The position numbers and the translations under genes are program-made. From an uncultured Pelagibacteraceae bacterium (lineage in GTDB: Bacteria > Pseudomonadota > Alphaproteobacteria > Pelagibacterales > AG-422-B15), in contig CACDOH010000006.1 of assembly GCA_902554325.1 (NCBI GenBank), forward strand, positions 150 through 64,149: a stretch of 64,000 nucleotides of DNA, given 5' to 3'. The notes below the pieces were generated by a model. The model was not told where the DNA came from and did not search any database. It saw only the letters and a program-made list of their open reading frames with translations. Positions 27,134 through 39,808 of the stretch are shown here, in pieces (positions within the stretch are counted from its first letter, which is position 1; every line of letters starts with the position of its first letter).

Positions 27134-28249
27134 ATGAGTGAAAACAAAATAGTAGAATTAGCAAAAGAACAGGCTCTTGTACTGGATTGTGGTAAATCGC
27201 TGAAAAGCATTAAAACAGCTTATACAACTTACGGTAAATTAAATGCCACTAAGGATAATGCTATTTTGATTTGTCATGCTCTCACTGGCGATCAGTATGT
27301 TGCGAGCAAACACCCAATTACAAAAAAAGAAGGATGGTGGTCATATATTGTTGGTCCTGAAAAACCAATCGATACAAATAAATTTTTTGTAGTCTGTCCT
27401 AATGTTATTGGTGGCTGCATGGGTTCAACTGGTCCAAAGGAAGTAAATTCAGAAACTGGTAAAGAATATGGTACAGATTTTCCAGTTATTACAATTGCTG
27501 ATATGGTAAGAGCTCAAAAGCTACTTATTGACTATTTAGGTATTGAAAAAATTTTTTGTGTGACAGGTGGATCTATGGGCGGAATGCTAGTTCTTGAATG
27601 GCTATCAAAATTTCCTAAGATGGTTCATTCTGCGATTCCAATTGCAACTGCGACAAATCATTCAGCGCAGAATATTGCATTAAATGAACTTGCTAGACAA
27701 TCCATTATGGCTGATCCAAATTGGAATTCAGGTAATTATTATAATTCTGACAATAAACCTTTAAAAGGTCTATCAGTTGCGAGAATGGCAGCCCATATCT
27801 CTTATCTATCTAAAGACGCTTTGCACAGCAAGTTTGGAAGAAATCTGCAAGATAAGAATAGTTTAGATTATTCTTTTGATGCTGATTTCCAAATTGAAAG
27901 TTATTTAAGGCACCAAGGATTTACATTTGTAGACCGCTTTGATGCTAATAGTTATTTATATATTACTCGTGCAATGGATTATTTTGATGTTTCGTCAAGT
28001 AATAATGGTTCACTAATTGAATCATTTAAAAACACAAGCTCAAAAGTTTTGTGTATTTCTTTTACAAGCGATTGGCTTTACCCAACCTCAGAGAATAAAA
28101 AAATTGTAAAAGTATTTAATGCTTTAGGAATAAATGTCAGTTTTATTGAGATTGAAACTGACGGTGGACATGACTCATTTCTACTTGAAGAACCTAAGCT
28201 TTTTGAAGCTATGCAAGGATTTATTAAATCAACTTATGAAAATTTATGA
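27134..28249 (+). CDS. metX: Homoserine O-acetyltransferase
   Basis: Alpha/beta hydrolase with GGSMGGM nucleophile elbow, CHALTGD and DSFL motifs. Start set at the ATG at 27134, because the TTG extension in the track lies inside the terminator hairpin and T-tract. Confidence 0.9.
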   Translation: MSENKIVELAKEQALVLDCGKSLKSIKTAYTTYGKLNATKDNAILICHALTGDQYVASKHPITKKEGWWSYIVGPEKPIDTNKFFVVCPNVIGGCMGSTGPKEVNSETGKEYGTDFPVITIADMVRAQKLLIDYLGIEKIFCVTGGSMGGMLVLEWLSKFPKMVHSAIPIATATNHSAQNIALNELARQSIMADPNWNSGNYYNSDNKPLKGLSVARMAAHISYLSKDALHSKFGRNLQDKNSLDYSFDADFQIESYLRHQGFTFVDRFDANSYLYITRAMDYFDVSSSNNGSLIESFKNTSSKVLCISFTSDWLYPTSENKKIVKVFNALGINVSFIEIETDGGHDSFLLEEPKLFEAMQGFIKSTYENL

Positions 28250-28863
28250 GCTTAATTAATGAAAAAAAAGACTTTAAGATCATTGCTGATTTAATACCAA
28301 CTAAGTCATCTGTAATTGATGTAGGCTGTAACGATGGTTCGTTACTAGAATTCTTAAAAGAAGAAAAAGATATTGATGGTAGAGGCATGGAGATTGATCA
28401 ACAAAAAGTACAACTCTGTCTTTCAAAAGGAATTTCTGTAATCGAAGGTGATGCTGATTTAGACTTATATGATTATCCAGATAATTTGTTTGATTACTCG
28501 ATACTTACTTACACCTTACAGGCAACAAAGAGTCCAAAAAATGTTTTGTCAGAATTAGTAAGAATTTCAAGCAAAGCAATAATCTCTTTTCCTAATTTTG
28601 GTCATTGGAAAATTGCTACAAGTCTATTACTTAAAAGAAAAATGCCTATAAGTGAGAAATTAAGTTACTCTTGGCATGAAACACCTAATCTTCATTTCTG
28701 TACCATAAATGATTTCATTGATTTATGTGATGAAGTGGGAATTAGAATTGAAAAGCAAGCAAATTTAAAAACAAACAAACTAAATAAATTTAATGGAAAA
28801 AATCTTTTGAATAGTTATTTTAATGAAGTTGGTTTATTTTTAGTTTCTAAAATAAAAAATTAA
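28246..28863 (+). CDS. metW: Methionine biosynthesis protein MetW
   Basis: 205 aa. SAM-methyltransferase-like VIDVGCNDGSLL and the conserved MetW C-terminus (NFGHW, W..TPN.HF.T..DF). ATGA overlap with metX. Confidence 0.9.
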   Translation: MSLINEKKDFKIIADLIPTKSSVIDVGCNDGSLLEFLKEEKDIDGRGMEIDQQKVQLCLSKGISVIEGDADLDLYDYPDNLFDYSILTYTLQATKSPKNVLSELVRISSKAIISFPNFGHWKIATSLLLKRKMPISEKLSYSWHETPNLHFCTINDFIDLCDEVGIRIEKQANLKTNKLNKFNGKNLLNSYFNEVGLFLVSKIKN

Positions 28864-28864
28864 T

Positions 28865-29623
28865 ATGTTTAAAACTCTCATTGTTCAGTGTCTATCCGAT
28901 AATTATGCATATGTATGCTATAATGAAAATAATGAAGCATTTGTAGTTGATCCATCTGAAGCCAGTCCTATCATTGATTGCTTAGAAAAAAATAATTTGA
29001 AATTAAAATATATTTTAAATACTCATCATCATTTTGATCATGTTGGAGGAAATTATGAACTTAAAGAAAAATATAAATGTAGTATTGTAGGTAGTGAAAA
29101 AGATAAAGATAGAATTCCTGGCATCGATATTCACCTTAAAGAGGGAGACAAATGGCAGTTTGGCGATATAGAGTCTGAGATTTTTGAAATTTCAGGCCAC
29201 ACAGTTGGTCATATTGCATTTTATTTTCATAGAGAAAAGTCAGTTTTTACAGGCGATACTCTGTTTTCCCTTGGATGTGGAAGACTGTTTGAGGGCACTC
29301 CTAAAATGATGTGGGAATCACTTAAAAAAATCAGGGATCTGCCTGATGAAACAAAAATATATTGTGGTCATGAGTATACTTTGAGCAATGCCAAATTTAT
29401 CTACTCAATTTTGCCTAGCGATGAGTTAAAAGGTAAAATTAATGAACTGGAAAATTTATATTCAAAAAATTTATCCTCGATACCTTCAACAATTCAAGAG
29501 GAAAAGAAATTGAATATTTTTTTACAAGCAGATAATAATAAAATTAGTGAAGCTTTAGGCCTTATAGAAAAAAGTCCTGAGAACGTATTCACCCATATAA
29601 GAAATCTTAAAGATAATTTTTAA
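28865..29623 (+). CDS. gloB: Hydroxyacylglutathione hydrolase (glyoxalase II)
   Basis: 252 aa. Metallo-beta-lactamase THHHFDHVGGN, GHT.GH, GDTLF..GCGR.FEG and CGHEYT motifs. Confidence 0.9.
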   Translation: MFKTLIVQCLSDNYAYVCYNENNEAFVVDPSEASPIIDCLEKNNLKLKYILNTHHHFDHVGGNYELKEKYKCSIVGSEKDKDRIPGIDIHLKEGDKWQFGDIESEIFEISGHTVGHIAFYFHREKSVFTGDTLFSLGCGRLFEGTPKMMWESLKKIRDLPDETKIYCGHEYTLSNAKFIYSILPSDELKGKINELENLYSKNLSSIPSTIQEEKKLNIFLQADNNKISEALGLIEKSPENVFTHIRNLKDNF

Positions 29624-30342
29624 GAGAAGTACTGACCACCATTTGCAGATATGGTTGAACCAGTTATAAATCCAGCATCATCGCTTGCAAGGAAAGTAAC
29701 AATTCTTGATACTTCATCAACTGTACCTAACCGGCCTATTGGAATTTGAGCAAGAATTCCTTCCATGACTTTTTCTGGGGTATCAGCAAGTAATTCGGTG
29801 CTAATATAACCTGGTGCAACAGCATTGACGGTTATGTTCTTTCTTGCTGTCTCTTGGGCAAGTGCCTTAGTAAAACCAATTACTCCTGCTTTTGCAGCAC
29901 TATAGTTAACAACACCCATTTGACCCTTTTGACCATTAATTGACGAAATCGAAATAATTCTTCCAAATCCTTTTTCTCTCATGCCATCTAGTACACATCT
30001 TGTCATATAAAAAACTGAATCTAAATCAACTCTGATGACATCATCCCATTGCTCAATTGTCATCTTATGTGTCATTGCAGCTTTAGTAATTCCAGCATTG
30101 TTTACTAGGATGTCAACAGCTCCTAATTTTTCAACTACTTGTTTAACGCCATCTTCACATGCAGCTGGATCAGCTACATTCCATTTAAAGACCTCTACTC
30201 CATTTTCAGATGAAAATTTTTCTGCAGCCTCAGAATTTGAACCGTATGTTGCTGCAACTTTACATCCACTATTCTTTAGCGCTATGGATATTGCTGCACC
30301 AATACCTCTTGTTCCACCAGTTACTAATGCTACTTTTGTCAT
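29620..30342 (-). CDS. phaB: Acetoacetyl-CoA reductase (SDR)
   Basis: 240 aa from the ATG at 30342 (MTKVALVTGGTRGIG), with AGGAG 6 nt upstream. NNAGIT and YSAAK catalytic motifs. Immediately downstream of phaA. Confidence 0.85.
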   Translation of the reverse strand: MTKVALVTGGTRGIGAAISIALKNSGCKVAATYGSNSEAAEKFSSENGVEVFKWNVADPAACEDGVKQVVEKLGAVDILVNNAGITKAAMTHKMTIEQWDDVIRVDLDSVFYMTRCVLDGMREKGFGRIISISSINGQKGQMGVVNYSAAKAGVIGFTKALAQETARKNITVNAVAPGYISTELLADTPEKVMEGILAQIPIGRLGTVDEVSRIVTFLASDDAGFITGSTISANGGQYFS

Positions 30343-30355
30343 AATATTCTCCTTT

Positions 30356-31528
30356 TTATCTTTCAACACATAAAGCGACACCCATGCCACCGCCAATGCA
30401 TAGTGTTGCAAGGCCTTTTTTCGCATCTTGTCTCTTCATTTGATTTAATAATGTCACTAAGATTCTTGCTCCAGAAGCACCGATTGGATGGCCAATTGCA
30501 ATAGCTCCGCCATTGACATTTACTTTAGATGTATCCCAGCCCATTTCTTTATTTACTGCACATGATTGGGCTGCAAAAGCTTCATTTGACTCAATCAAAT
30601 CTAAGTCAGCAACACTCCATCCAGCTTTATCTAAGGCTTTTCTACTGGCAGGTATTGGACCAGTGCCCATTATTGAAGGATCAACTCCAGCACTTGCCCA
30701 TGAAACAATACGAGCGATAGGTTCTATATTTTTTTTCTTAACTTCTTCTCCAGACATAACAGTCATTGCCGCAGCACCATCGTTAATTCCACTCGCATTG
30801 GCTGCTGTTACAGTACCTTCTTTTGAAAAAGCTGGTCTTAGAGTCGCAAGTTTTTCTAACTGTACATTATCCTTAATGTATTCATCGCTATCAAATACAA
30901 CAGTTTCTTTTCTTGTTTTTATTTCAACGCCAACAATTTCATCTTTAAATATACCTTCAGATTTTGCCTTGCTTGCTCTCTTTTGAGACTCAACAGCAAA
31001 TTCGTCTTGTTGATCACGAGTTATTTGCCATTGTTGAGCAACATTCTCAGCTGTTGTGCCCATGTGATAACCATTGAAGGCATCCCAGAGACCATCTTTA
31101 ATCATTGAGTCCACCATTTGGTTGTCTCCCATTTTTGTTCCATTTCTTAAATGAGAACAATGAGGAGATTGACTCATAGACTCCTGGCCACCAGCAACAA
31201 TAATATTTGCATCATTGTTCATGATCGCTTGATACGCTAGTGCCACGCTTCTTAGTCCGGATCCACACACTTGATTTACAAGCCAAGCTGGTGTTTCCTT
31301 ATTTAAACCTGCATTTATTGCCGCTTGTCTTGCTGGATTCTGGCCAGTCGCGGCAGTTAATACTTGACCTAGTATAACTTCCTCTACTTCAGAAGCCTCA
31401 ACGTTTGACCTACCGATAGCTTCTTTAATTACAATTTTGCCCAAGTCATGAGCAGGCATGTTTGCTAATGATCCATTGAAAGAACCGACAGCTGTTCTAA
31501 CAGCGGATGTGATAAAAACTTCATTCAT
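30356..31528 (-). CDS. phaA: Acetyl-CoA C-acetyltransferase (biosynthetic thiolase)
   Basis: 390 aa. Contains [10 protein letters not shown] (active Cys), [22 protein letters not shown] and CIGGGMG. Confidence 0.95.
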   Translation of the reverse strand: MNEVFITSAVRTAVGSFNGSLANMPAHDLGKIVIKEAIGRSNVEASEVEEVILGQVLTAATGQNPARQAAINAGLNKETPAWLVNQVCGSGLRSVALAYQAIMNNDANIIVAGGQESMSQSPHCSHLRNGTKMGDNQMVDSMIKDGLWDAFNGYHMGTTAENVAQQWQITRDQQDEFAVESQKRASKAKSEGIFKDEIVGVEIKTRKETVVFDSDEYIKDNVQLEKLATLRPAFSKEGTVTAANASGINDGAAAMTVMSGEEVKKKNIEPIARIVSWASAGVDPSIMGTGPIPASRKALDKAGWSVADLDLIESNEAFAAQSCAVNKEMGWDTSKVNVNGGAIAIGHPIGASGARILVTLLNQMKRQDAKKGLATLCIGGGMGVALCVER

Positions 31529-31540
31529 AAATGTACCTCT

Positions 31541-32260
31541 TTAAGCGCCAATATCTGGCAAATTTTCCGATCTGAGGGGATCAAGATAACTTGCCGACTG
31601 TATTTTGCAACTATTATTTAAGGTTATCATCAGAGGATTCCCTGTGGGAATTTCTAAATTCACTATTTCTTTGTCTGAAACAGAAAAAAGATATTTGCAA
31701 AGAGCACGCAAGCTGTTTCCATGTGCCGAAATAATAGTAGTATTTTTTAGTACTATTGGCTTTATGTTATTCTCCCAATAGGGAATTACTCTCTCATAAG
31801 TATCTGCTAAACATTCTGTTAAAGGTAAATTTGTAATTCCCTTATATAAAGGATCGAGTTTTGGGTTCATCTCACTATCAGCATTTAACGCTGGTGGAGG
31901 AGTGTTATATCCCCGGCGCCATTTAAGAAATTGTTCTTCTCCATATTTCTCTTTAACTTCATTTTTATTTAAACCTTGAAGAGCACCATAGTGTCTTTCA
32001 TTTAATTCCCACGCATAATTTACTTCTACATCGTTTAATTTTAAATTTTTTACTATTATGTTCAGAGTTTCTTGAGCTCTCTTTAGGTAAGAAGTAAATG
32101 CTGCTGTTGGTTTAAGATTTACTTTTGAGATTAAATCAGCAGCCTTTAATGCTTCACTTGTTCCTTCAGAATCTAAATCAACATCAACCCAGCCAGTAAA
32201 AATATTTTTTTTATTCCAAACACTTTTACCGTGCCTGATTAATATTAACTGATTAGACAC
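31541..32260 (-). CDS. gpmA: 2,3-bisphosphoglycerate-dependent phosphoglycerate mutase
   Basis: 239 aa, near-colinear with E. coli GpmA (LIRHG.S.WN..N.FTGW.DVDL, LNERHYGALQGLNK, AHGNSLRAL). GTG start overlaps the serA stop by 1 nt. Confidence 0.9.
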   Translation of the reverse strand: MSNQLILIRHGKSVWNKKNIFTGWVDVDLDSEGTSEALKAADLISKVNLKPTAAFTSYLKRAQETLNIIVKNLKLNDVEVNYAWELNERHYGALQGLNKNEVKEKYGEEQFLKWRRGYNTPPPALNADSEMNPKLDPLYKGITNLPLTECLADTYERVIPYWENNIKPIVLKNTTIISAHGNSLRALCKYLFSVSDKEIVNLEIPTGNPLMITLNNSCKIQSASYLDPLRSENLPDIGA

Positions 32261-33201
32261 TAAGAATTTACTTGATTAACAATATTGTTGTTAAGAAGAT
32301 AATCAGCTATTTGTTCTGCTATCTGTACAGCAACTTTTTCTTGAGCTTCAGCTGTGCTTGCGCCAATGTGTGGGGTCATTACAACATTGTGCATCCCACT
32401 AAAAATGCTATCCGTTTGTGGCTCAGTTTCATAAACATCACACCCATACCCAGCTAGGCCATCTTCATCTAAGGCTAATTTGACATCATATTCATTTACA
32501 ATGCCACCTCTTGCGCAATTAATAATAATCGCAGTTTTTTTCATTTTAGTTATTGACTCACTGTTGACCATATATTTTGATTTATCTGATAATTTATTGT
32601 GAAAAGTAATAATATCTGATTGTACAATTAATTCATCAAAGGAAAGATTACTTATACCGTATTTACTTTCATCACCAGTTGATAGTGAAGAACTATTTAC
32701 AACGACATTCATGCCATAAGCTTTTGAAATTTCACAAATCTTCTTTCCTATATTACCAAATCCCACAATACCAATTGTTTTTCCAAGCATTTCAGAGCCA
32801 ATAAATTTCTTTTTTTCCCATTTTTTATTGTGCATCGATTGATTAGCATTTGTTATATTTCTCATTAATGCATGAATGATAGAGAATGTGAGCTCAGCGG
32901 TAGCCTGAACATTTCCAAGTGGAGTGTTCATCACCACTATATTTTTCTTTGATGCCGCCTCAAGGTCAACGTTATCAACGCCAACTCCAGGTCGACCAAT
33001 GACTTTTAAATTTCCAGCACTTTCAATAATTTTTTCGGTAACTGTAACAGCTGATCTTATAACAAGACCTGAGTAATTTTTAATTTCAGCACAAATTTCG
33101 TCTTCACTCAATCCGACCTTTTGATCATATTCTATTTTATATTTTTCAAAAACTCTAAATACAGCATCAGATACATTGTCTGCAATTAAAACTTTATTCA
33201 T
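32260..33201 (-). CDS. serA: D-3-phosphoglycerate dehydrogenase, short form without ACT domain
   Basis: 313 aa from the ATG at 33201 (MNKVLIAD). NAD-binding GIVGFGNIG, catalytic R..GG and HIG.ST. ATGA overlap with the serC stop. No C-terminal ACT/ASB regulatory region is present. Confidence 0.85.
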   Translation of the reverse strand: MNKVLIADNVSDAVFRVFEKYKIEYDQKVGLSEDEICAEIKNYSGLVIRSAVTVTEKIIESAGNLKVIGRPGVGVDNVDLEAASKKNIVVMNTPLGNVQATAELTFSIIHALMRNITNANQSMHNKKWEKKKFIGSEMLGKTIGIVGFGNIGKKICEISKAYGMNVVVNSSSLSTGDESKYGISNLSFDELIVQSDIITFHNKLSDKSKYMVNSESITKMKKTAIIINCARGGIVNEYDVKLALDEDGLAGYGCDVYETEPQTDSIFSGMHNVVMTPHIGASTAEAQEKVAVQIAEQIADYLLNNNIVNQVNS

Positions 33202-34358
33202 TTTTGAAAGCTTGATTTTACAGATGAATATGCCCAATCAATCCATGGAAGAACCAGTTTAACGTTTTTATTTTCAACCGTAGAGCCTCCCCAAATTCTA
33301 ATTCCTGGTGGAGCTGTTTTGTATGAGTTTAAATCATAACCAGCTTCATTAGTTTCTAATTGGGAACATACTTCAGCCATAAACTTTTTCTGATCATCGC
33401 CATTCAAAGATTTAAACCACTCATCTTTAGGTATGATACATATGGACGTACAGGACCTTGTTTTCGGATCCTTCGCTAAAAACTCAAAATTTTCATTTGT
33501 TTCAATCCAATCACTTACTATTTTTAAGTTGTTTTCAGATATTTCTATTAATTTTGAAAGTCCACCAATTTCATTGGACCAATTAAGAGAGTTTAAAACA
33601 TCCTCTACACTTATCATTGAGGGTGTATTAATTGTGGCGCCAGAAAAAATTCCCGAGATTAATTTTTGATTTCGCGCCAATCTAAATACTTTTGGAATAG
33701 GCCATGGTGGCGTAAAGCTTTCCAGCCGCTCTATAGCCCTTGGTGATAAAATTAACATCCCATGAGCAGCTTCACTGCCTAGAACTTTTTGCCATGAATA
33801 TGTAACTACATCAAGTTTTGGCCAATCCATTTCCATTGAAAATACTGCAGAGGTGGCATCGCAAATAGTTAATCCCTTACGATCATCACTTATCCAATCA
33901 GTATTTTTAATTCTTACTCCTGCAGTGGTTCCATTCCATGTGAATACAATATCATTGTCAGGATTACTTTTTGAAAAGTCAGGTATATCTCCATAGTCTG
34001 CTTTAACTAGAATTTTATTATCAAGAGGCAGTTGTTCACCTGCATCAATATTCCAGTCATGTCCAAAGTTTTCCCAAGAATATACCTCAACACCTCTCTG
34101 ACCCAACATACACCACATAGCCATCTCTACCGCACCTGTATCCGAAGCAGGTACAATTCCTATTAAGTAATCGTCAGGTATTTGAAGTATTTCTCTTGAT
34201 TTATTAATGACCTCTTGTAATTTTTTAACTGCTGCACCTGAACGATGTGATCTTGATAACGCTGCATCTTTTAACTTGTCTAATGACCATCCAGGGGGCT
34301 TAGCACAAGGTCCAGAAGAAAAGTAGGGGTAATGCGGTTTTGATGTTGGTTTTTCCAT
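33198..34358 (-). CDS. serC: Phosphoserine aminotransferase (long, alphaproteobacterial type)
   Basis: 386 aa, class V aminotransferase. N-terminal FSSGPCAKPPGW and a YSWQKVLG PLP-lysine region. Operonic with serA. Confidence 0.85.
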   Translation of the reverse strand: MEKPTSKPHYPYFSSGPCAKPPGWSLDKLKDAALSRSHRSGAAVKKLQEVINKSREILQIPDDYLIGIVPASDTGAVEMAMWCMLGQRGVEVYSWENFGHDWNIDAGEQLPLDNKILVKADYGDIPDFSKSNPDNDIVFTWNGTTAGVRIKNTDWISDDRKGLTICDATSAVFSMEMDWPKLDVVTYSWQKVLGSEAAHGMLILSPRAIERLESFTPPWPIPKVFRLARNQKLISGIFSGATINTPSMISVEDVLNSLNWSNEIGGLSKLIEISENNLKIVSDWIETNENFEFLAKDPKTRSCTSICIIPKDEWFKSLNGDDQKKFMAEVCSQLETNEAGYDLNSYKTAPPGIRIWGGSTVENKNVKLVLPWIDWAYSSVKSSFQK

Positions 34359-34359
34359 T

Positions 34360-35574
34360 TTATATATCCATTAATAAGTTTACCAAGCCATCTGCTGGCT
34401 TAGGATCAAAGTAAGTAGATTTTTTAGGCACTGTCTTACCTTTATCCGCTATGGACATTATCTTTTTCATCGGCATTGGGCAAATAAAAAATCCAATATC
34501 AGCCCTTCTTGAGTCTACCTCTTTCATTAATTTTTTATGAACGCTGAGGCCGGGCAGATTAATAACGGAGATAAGGGTGTTGTTCTGATTTTTATTAGCG
34601 ATATTTTTTATAATTATTTTTTCAACTATATCTACATCAGTCTCATATTTAAAATATATTTTAGGATCCGATCTAAGCGAAACACTATACCAAGATTTGT
34701 TCAAATATATCATCAGATCACCAGGTTTAACAGGGTTTTGAAACCTAGATTTTTTTGAGATCATAAATCTTTTTTTTAATGAGTCTATAAATTTTTTCGA
34801 ATTAAATTTATTAAACTTTGCTAAGCGATGAAAACTTAGAATATTAACTGACTGCTCATCAAAGATTGCTGTTAAAAGATTTATCTTCTTTTTTTTTCTC
34901 AAACCAGCATTAATTTTTTTGTCAAGGGTTTCAATTGCATCAAATCGATGATGCCCATCAGCGATATAATAATGTTTTATGCTAGATAATTTTTTTGCTA
35001 TTAAATTAATATCTTTAGTATTATCAATTTTCCATAATGAGCGAGTTGTACCACCAGCAGACTTATATTTATAAAGTGGTTTTTGAATTTTATATTTTGA
35101 AAAAATAAAATTCATATTAATTTTATCTTTATATGAAAGATAGACAGGGCCAATTTGCATCTTAGTGTGCTCTATTGTCTCTAATATAGAATTTGAACGA
35201 GCCTTATAAATTGCTTCGTGTTTTAAAATTCTTTTATTTCTTCTATCAAATTCAATTGATGCTACTATGCCGAATTGACTTTTATCATATTTATTTAGAC
35301 AGTATACGTAGAAAGATTCACTTTTTTCCTGAATAATAATTTTATTTTTAATCATTGCATCCAAATGATCAATGGCATGCTTTTTAGAATTTTTTTTAGA
35401 TATGTTTGGATAAAACGCTTTGGGACTTACAACATTAAGGAAATTGTACTCTGATTGATTTAATATTTTTTTTAACTGCTTATCTGTTAGATTATCAAAT
35501 GTTGGCAAGACCACCTCTTCCAAACGTCGCTTCAATGGCCTATATGCCTTAAATGGTTTTACCAAAAATACCAT
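34360..35574 (-). CDS. DUF1015-family protein of unknown function
   Basis: 404 aa. N-terminus KPFKAYRP...V..P.FD and the internal YYIADGHHR motif fit DUF1015 as I recall it. Its stop lies 1 nt upstream of the serC ATG. Confidence 0.6.
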   Translation of the reverse strand: MVFLVKPFKAYRPLKRRLEEVVLPTFDNLTDKQLKKILNQSEYNFLNVVSPKAFYPNISKKNSKKHAIDHLDAMIKNKIIIQEKSESFYVYCLNKYDKSQFGIVASIEFDRRNKRILKHEAIYKARSNSILETIEHTKMQIGPVYLSYKDKINMNFIFSKYKIQKPLYKYKSAGGTTRSLWKIDNTKDINLIAKKLSSIKHYYIADGHHRFDAIETLDKKINAGLRKKKKINLLTAIFDEQSVNILSFHRLAKFNKFNSKKFIDSLKKRFMISKKSRFQNPVKPGDLMIYLNKSWYSVSLRSDPKIYFKYETDVDIVEKIIIKNIANKNQNNTLISVINLPGLSVHKKLMKEVDSRRADIGFFICPMPMKKIMSIADKGKTVPKKSTYFDPKPADGLVNLLMDI

Positions 35575-35675
35575 AATCGGATAAATTAATTAAAATTGAA
35601 CTAGCAAGATATATATACGTATATTTTATGCTTAAAAACCATTGATTTTAAGTTTTTTTAACAAAATTATGGCTA

Positions 35676-35703
35676 TTGACAGTAGAAAAGTGGGGTATAT
35701 ATT
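35676..35703 (+). promoter_or_regulatory. Candidate sigma-70 promoter for rplU-rpmA
   Basis: TTGACA (35676-81), a 16-nt spacer, then TATATT (35698-703), about 35 nt upstream of the rplU ATG. Confidence 0.35.
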
Positions 35704-35738
35704 CAGCCAGACTTAAAAATCAATAAATCAAAATTATT

Positions 35739-36173
35739 ATGTTTGCAATAATCTCAACTGGTGGGAAACAATATAAAGTAAGCCAGGACACCGTTCTAAC
35801 AGTTAACAAGCTTCAAGGCAAAGATGGTGACAAAATTACAATAAATGAGGTATTGTTTGCTTGCAATGGCGATCAATTTTCTGTTGGTTCTCCTCAAATT
35901 GATGGAGCCAAAGTTAGCGCTGAGATAGTAAAGCAAGATCGTGATAGAAAAATATTAGTATTTAAGAAAAAGAGAAGAAAAAACTACAGAAGACTTAATG
36001 GACATAGGCAGGATATTACTTTCTTAAGAGTTAATTCATTGGATATACCAGGATTTGCTGCAGTGAAAACAACCAAGAAAGCTTCTGCAAAAGAGAAAAT
36101 TAAAGGTGAAGATGTCGCTTTGAAAAAAAAGGCAGTGGCAAAGAAAAAGACAACAAAGAAAAAGGGTGAATAA
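35739..36173 (+). CDS. rplU: 50S ribosomal protein L21 with Lys-rich C-terminal extension
   Basis: [14 protein letters not shown]...[14 protein letters not shown] is canonical L21. About 40 additional residues form a K/A-rich tail. Confidence 0.95.
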   Translation: MFAIISTGGKQYKVSQDTVLTVNKLQGKDGDKITINEVLFACNGDQFSVGSPQIDGAKVSAEIVKQDRDRKILVFKKKRRKNYRRLNGHRQDITFLRVNSLDIPGFAAVKTTKKASAKEKIKGEDVALKKKAVAKKKTTKKKGE

Positions 36174-36175
36174 GA

Positions 36176-38551
<2,376 letters not shown>

Positions 38552-38555
<4 letters not shown>

Positions 38556-39808
38556 GTCTTAAAAATGAACTAGATAATTTAGGTAAAGAAAGCGTTGTTG
38601 CCTCTCAAGAAATCAAATCCTTGAGTAAGCATGAAAAGAATGAACTTTTAAAAGCCATCATAGAATCTTTAAAAAGCGATAAAGATCTAATTCTTAAAGC
38701 TAATAAACGAGACATCGAAGAATCTCAAAATAAATTATCCAATGCAATGATTGACCGCTTGATGCTTGATGATCAAAGGTTTGAGGGTATTTTAGAGTCA
38801 ATAAAAAATGTGATTTCTCTTGATGACCCTACTGGAAATATTTTATTTACCAATGAAAGACCTAACGGAATGATTGTTGAAAGAGTGTCTGTTCCACTTG
38901 GGGTTATTGGGATTATATATGAAAGCAGACCAAATGTAACAATTGACGCTACTGTACTATGCCTAAAAGCAGGAAATAGTGTGATTCTCAGAGGTGGTTC
39001 TGAGTGCTTCAATACAAATACAGCCATGGTCAACTCAATGCAAAAAGCTATGCGATCAAAATCTGTAAGTGAAAATATAGTTCAGTATGTAAATACAACC
39101 GACAGAGCGGCTGTTGATTATATGCTATCTAAAATGGATAAATATATTGATGTAATTGTCCCTCGAGGCGGTAAAGGTTTAGTCAAAAAAGTTCAGGATA
39201 CTGCAAAAATTCCAGTTATTGGTCATCTTGATGGCATATGTCATCTTTATGTTGATGAAACATCCGATCCAGATGTTGCAAGTAAAATTGTAGAGAATGC
39301 AAAATTAAGAAGAACTGGTATTTGTGGTGCCGCTGAAACAGTTCTTGTAGACGAAAAGTGCATTGATAGTCATTTAGGTAAAATAATAGAAACTCTCATA
39401 AAAGGTGGTTGTGAAGTGAGAGGTGATAGCATATGTATGAATTATTCTGATAAAGTAAAAGAAGCGACTGAAATTGATTGGGAAACTGAATATCTTGAAG
39501 CAATTATATCTATCAAAATTGTAAAGGATGTCGATGAAGCAATTGATCATATAGCTAAATATGGATCAGGACATACAGAAAGCATAATTTCCGAAAATAA
39601 AAATAATGTTGAAAAATTTTTAAACTCAGTAGGTAGTGCAATTGTAATGCATAATGCGTCTACTCAGTTTGCTGATGGTGGAGAATTTGGCCTTGGTGCA
39701 GAAATTGGAATAGCAACGGGCAAACTGCATGCAAGAGGTCCTGTGGGGCTTGAAGGTTTGACAACCTATAAGTATATAGTTCGTGGAAGTGGGCAGGTAA
39801 GACCATAA
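38552..39808 (+). CDS. proA: Gamma-glutamyl phosphate reductase
   Basis: 418 aa. Contains GVIG.IYESRPNVT.D, LRGG.E, catalytic CGA.ETVLV, GSGHTE and NASTQF.DG.EFG.GAEIG. Confidence 0.95.

Noticed and set aside
30343-30426. 28-codon N-terminal extension of phaB overlapping the phaA 3' end
   Set aside because: The internal ATG at 30342 is preceded by AGGAG and yields the canonical SDR start MTKVALVTGG. The extension is just read-through of the phaA terminus in another frame.
30513-30986. 157-aa plus-strand ORF (and 30035-30373, 112 aa) antisense to phaA/phaB
   Set aside because: These are typical shadow ORFs opposite relatively GC-richer, highly conserved genes. The composition is Ser/Ala/Leu/Thr-rich and they have no start context or motif.
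35613-35624. 12-bp perfect palindrome ATATACGTATAT between the DUF1015 gene and rplU
   Set aside because: Alternating AT palindromes are common in DNA of this composition, and it has no supporting context.
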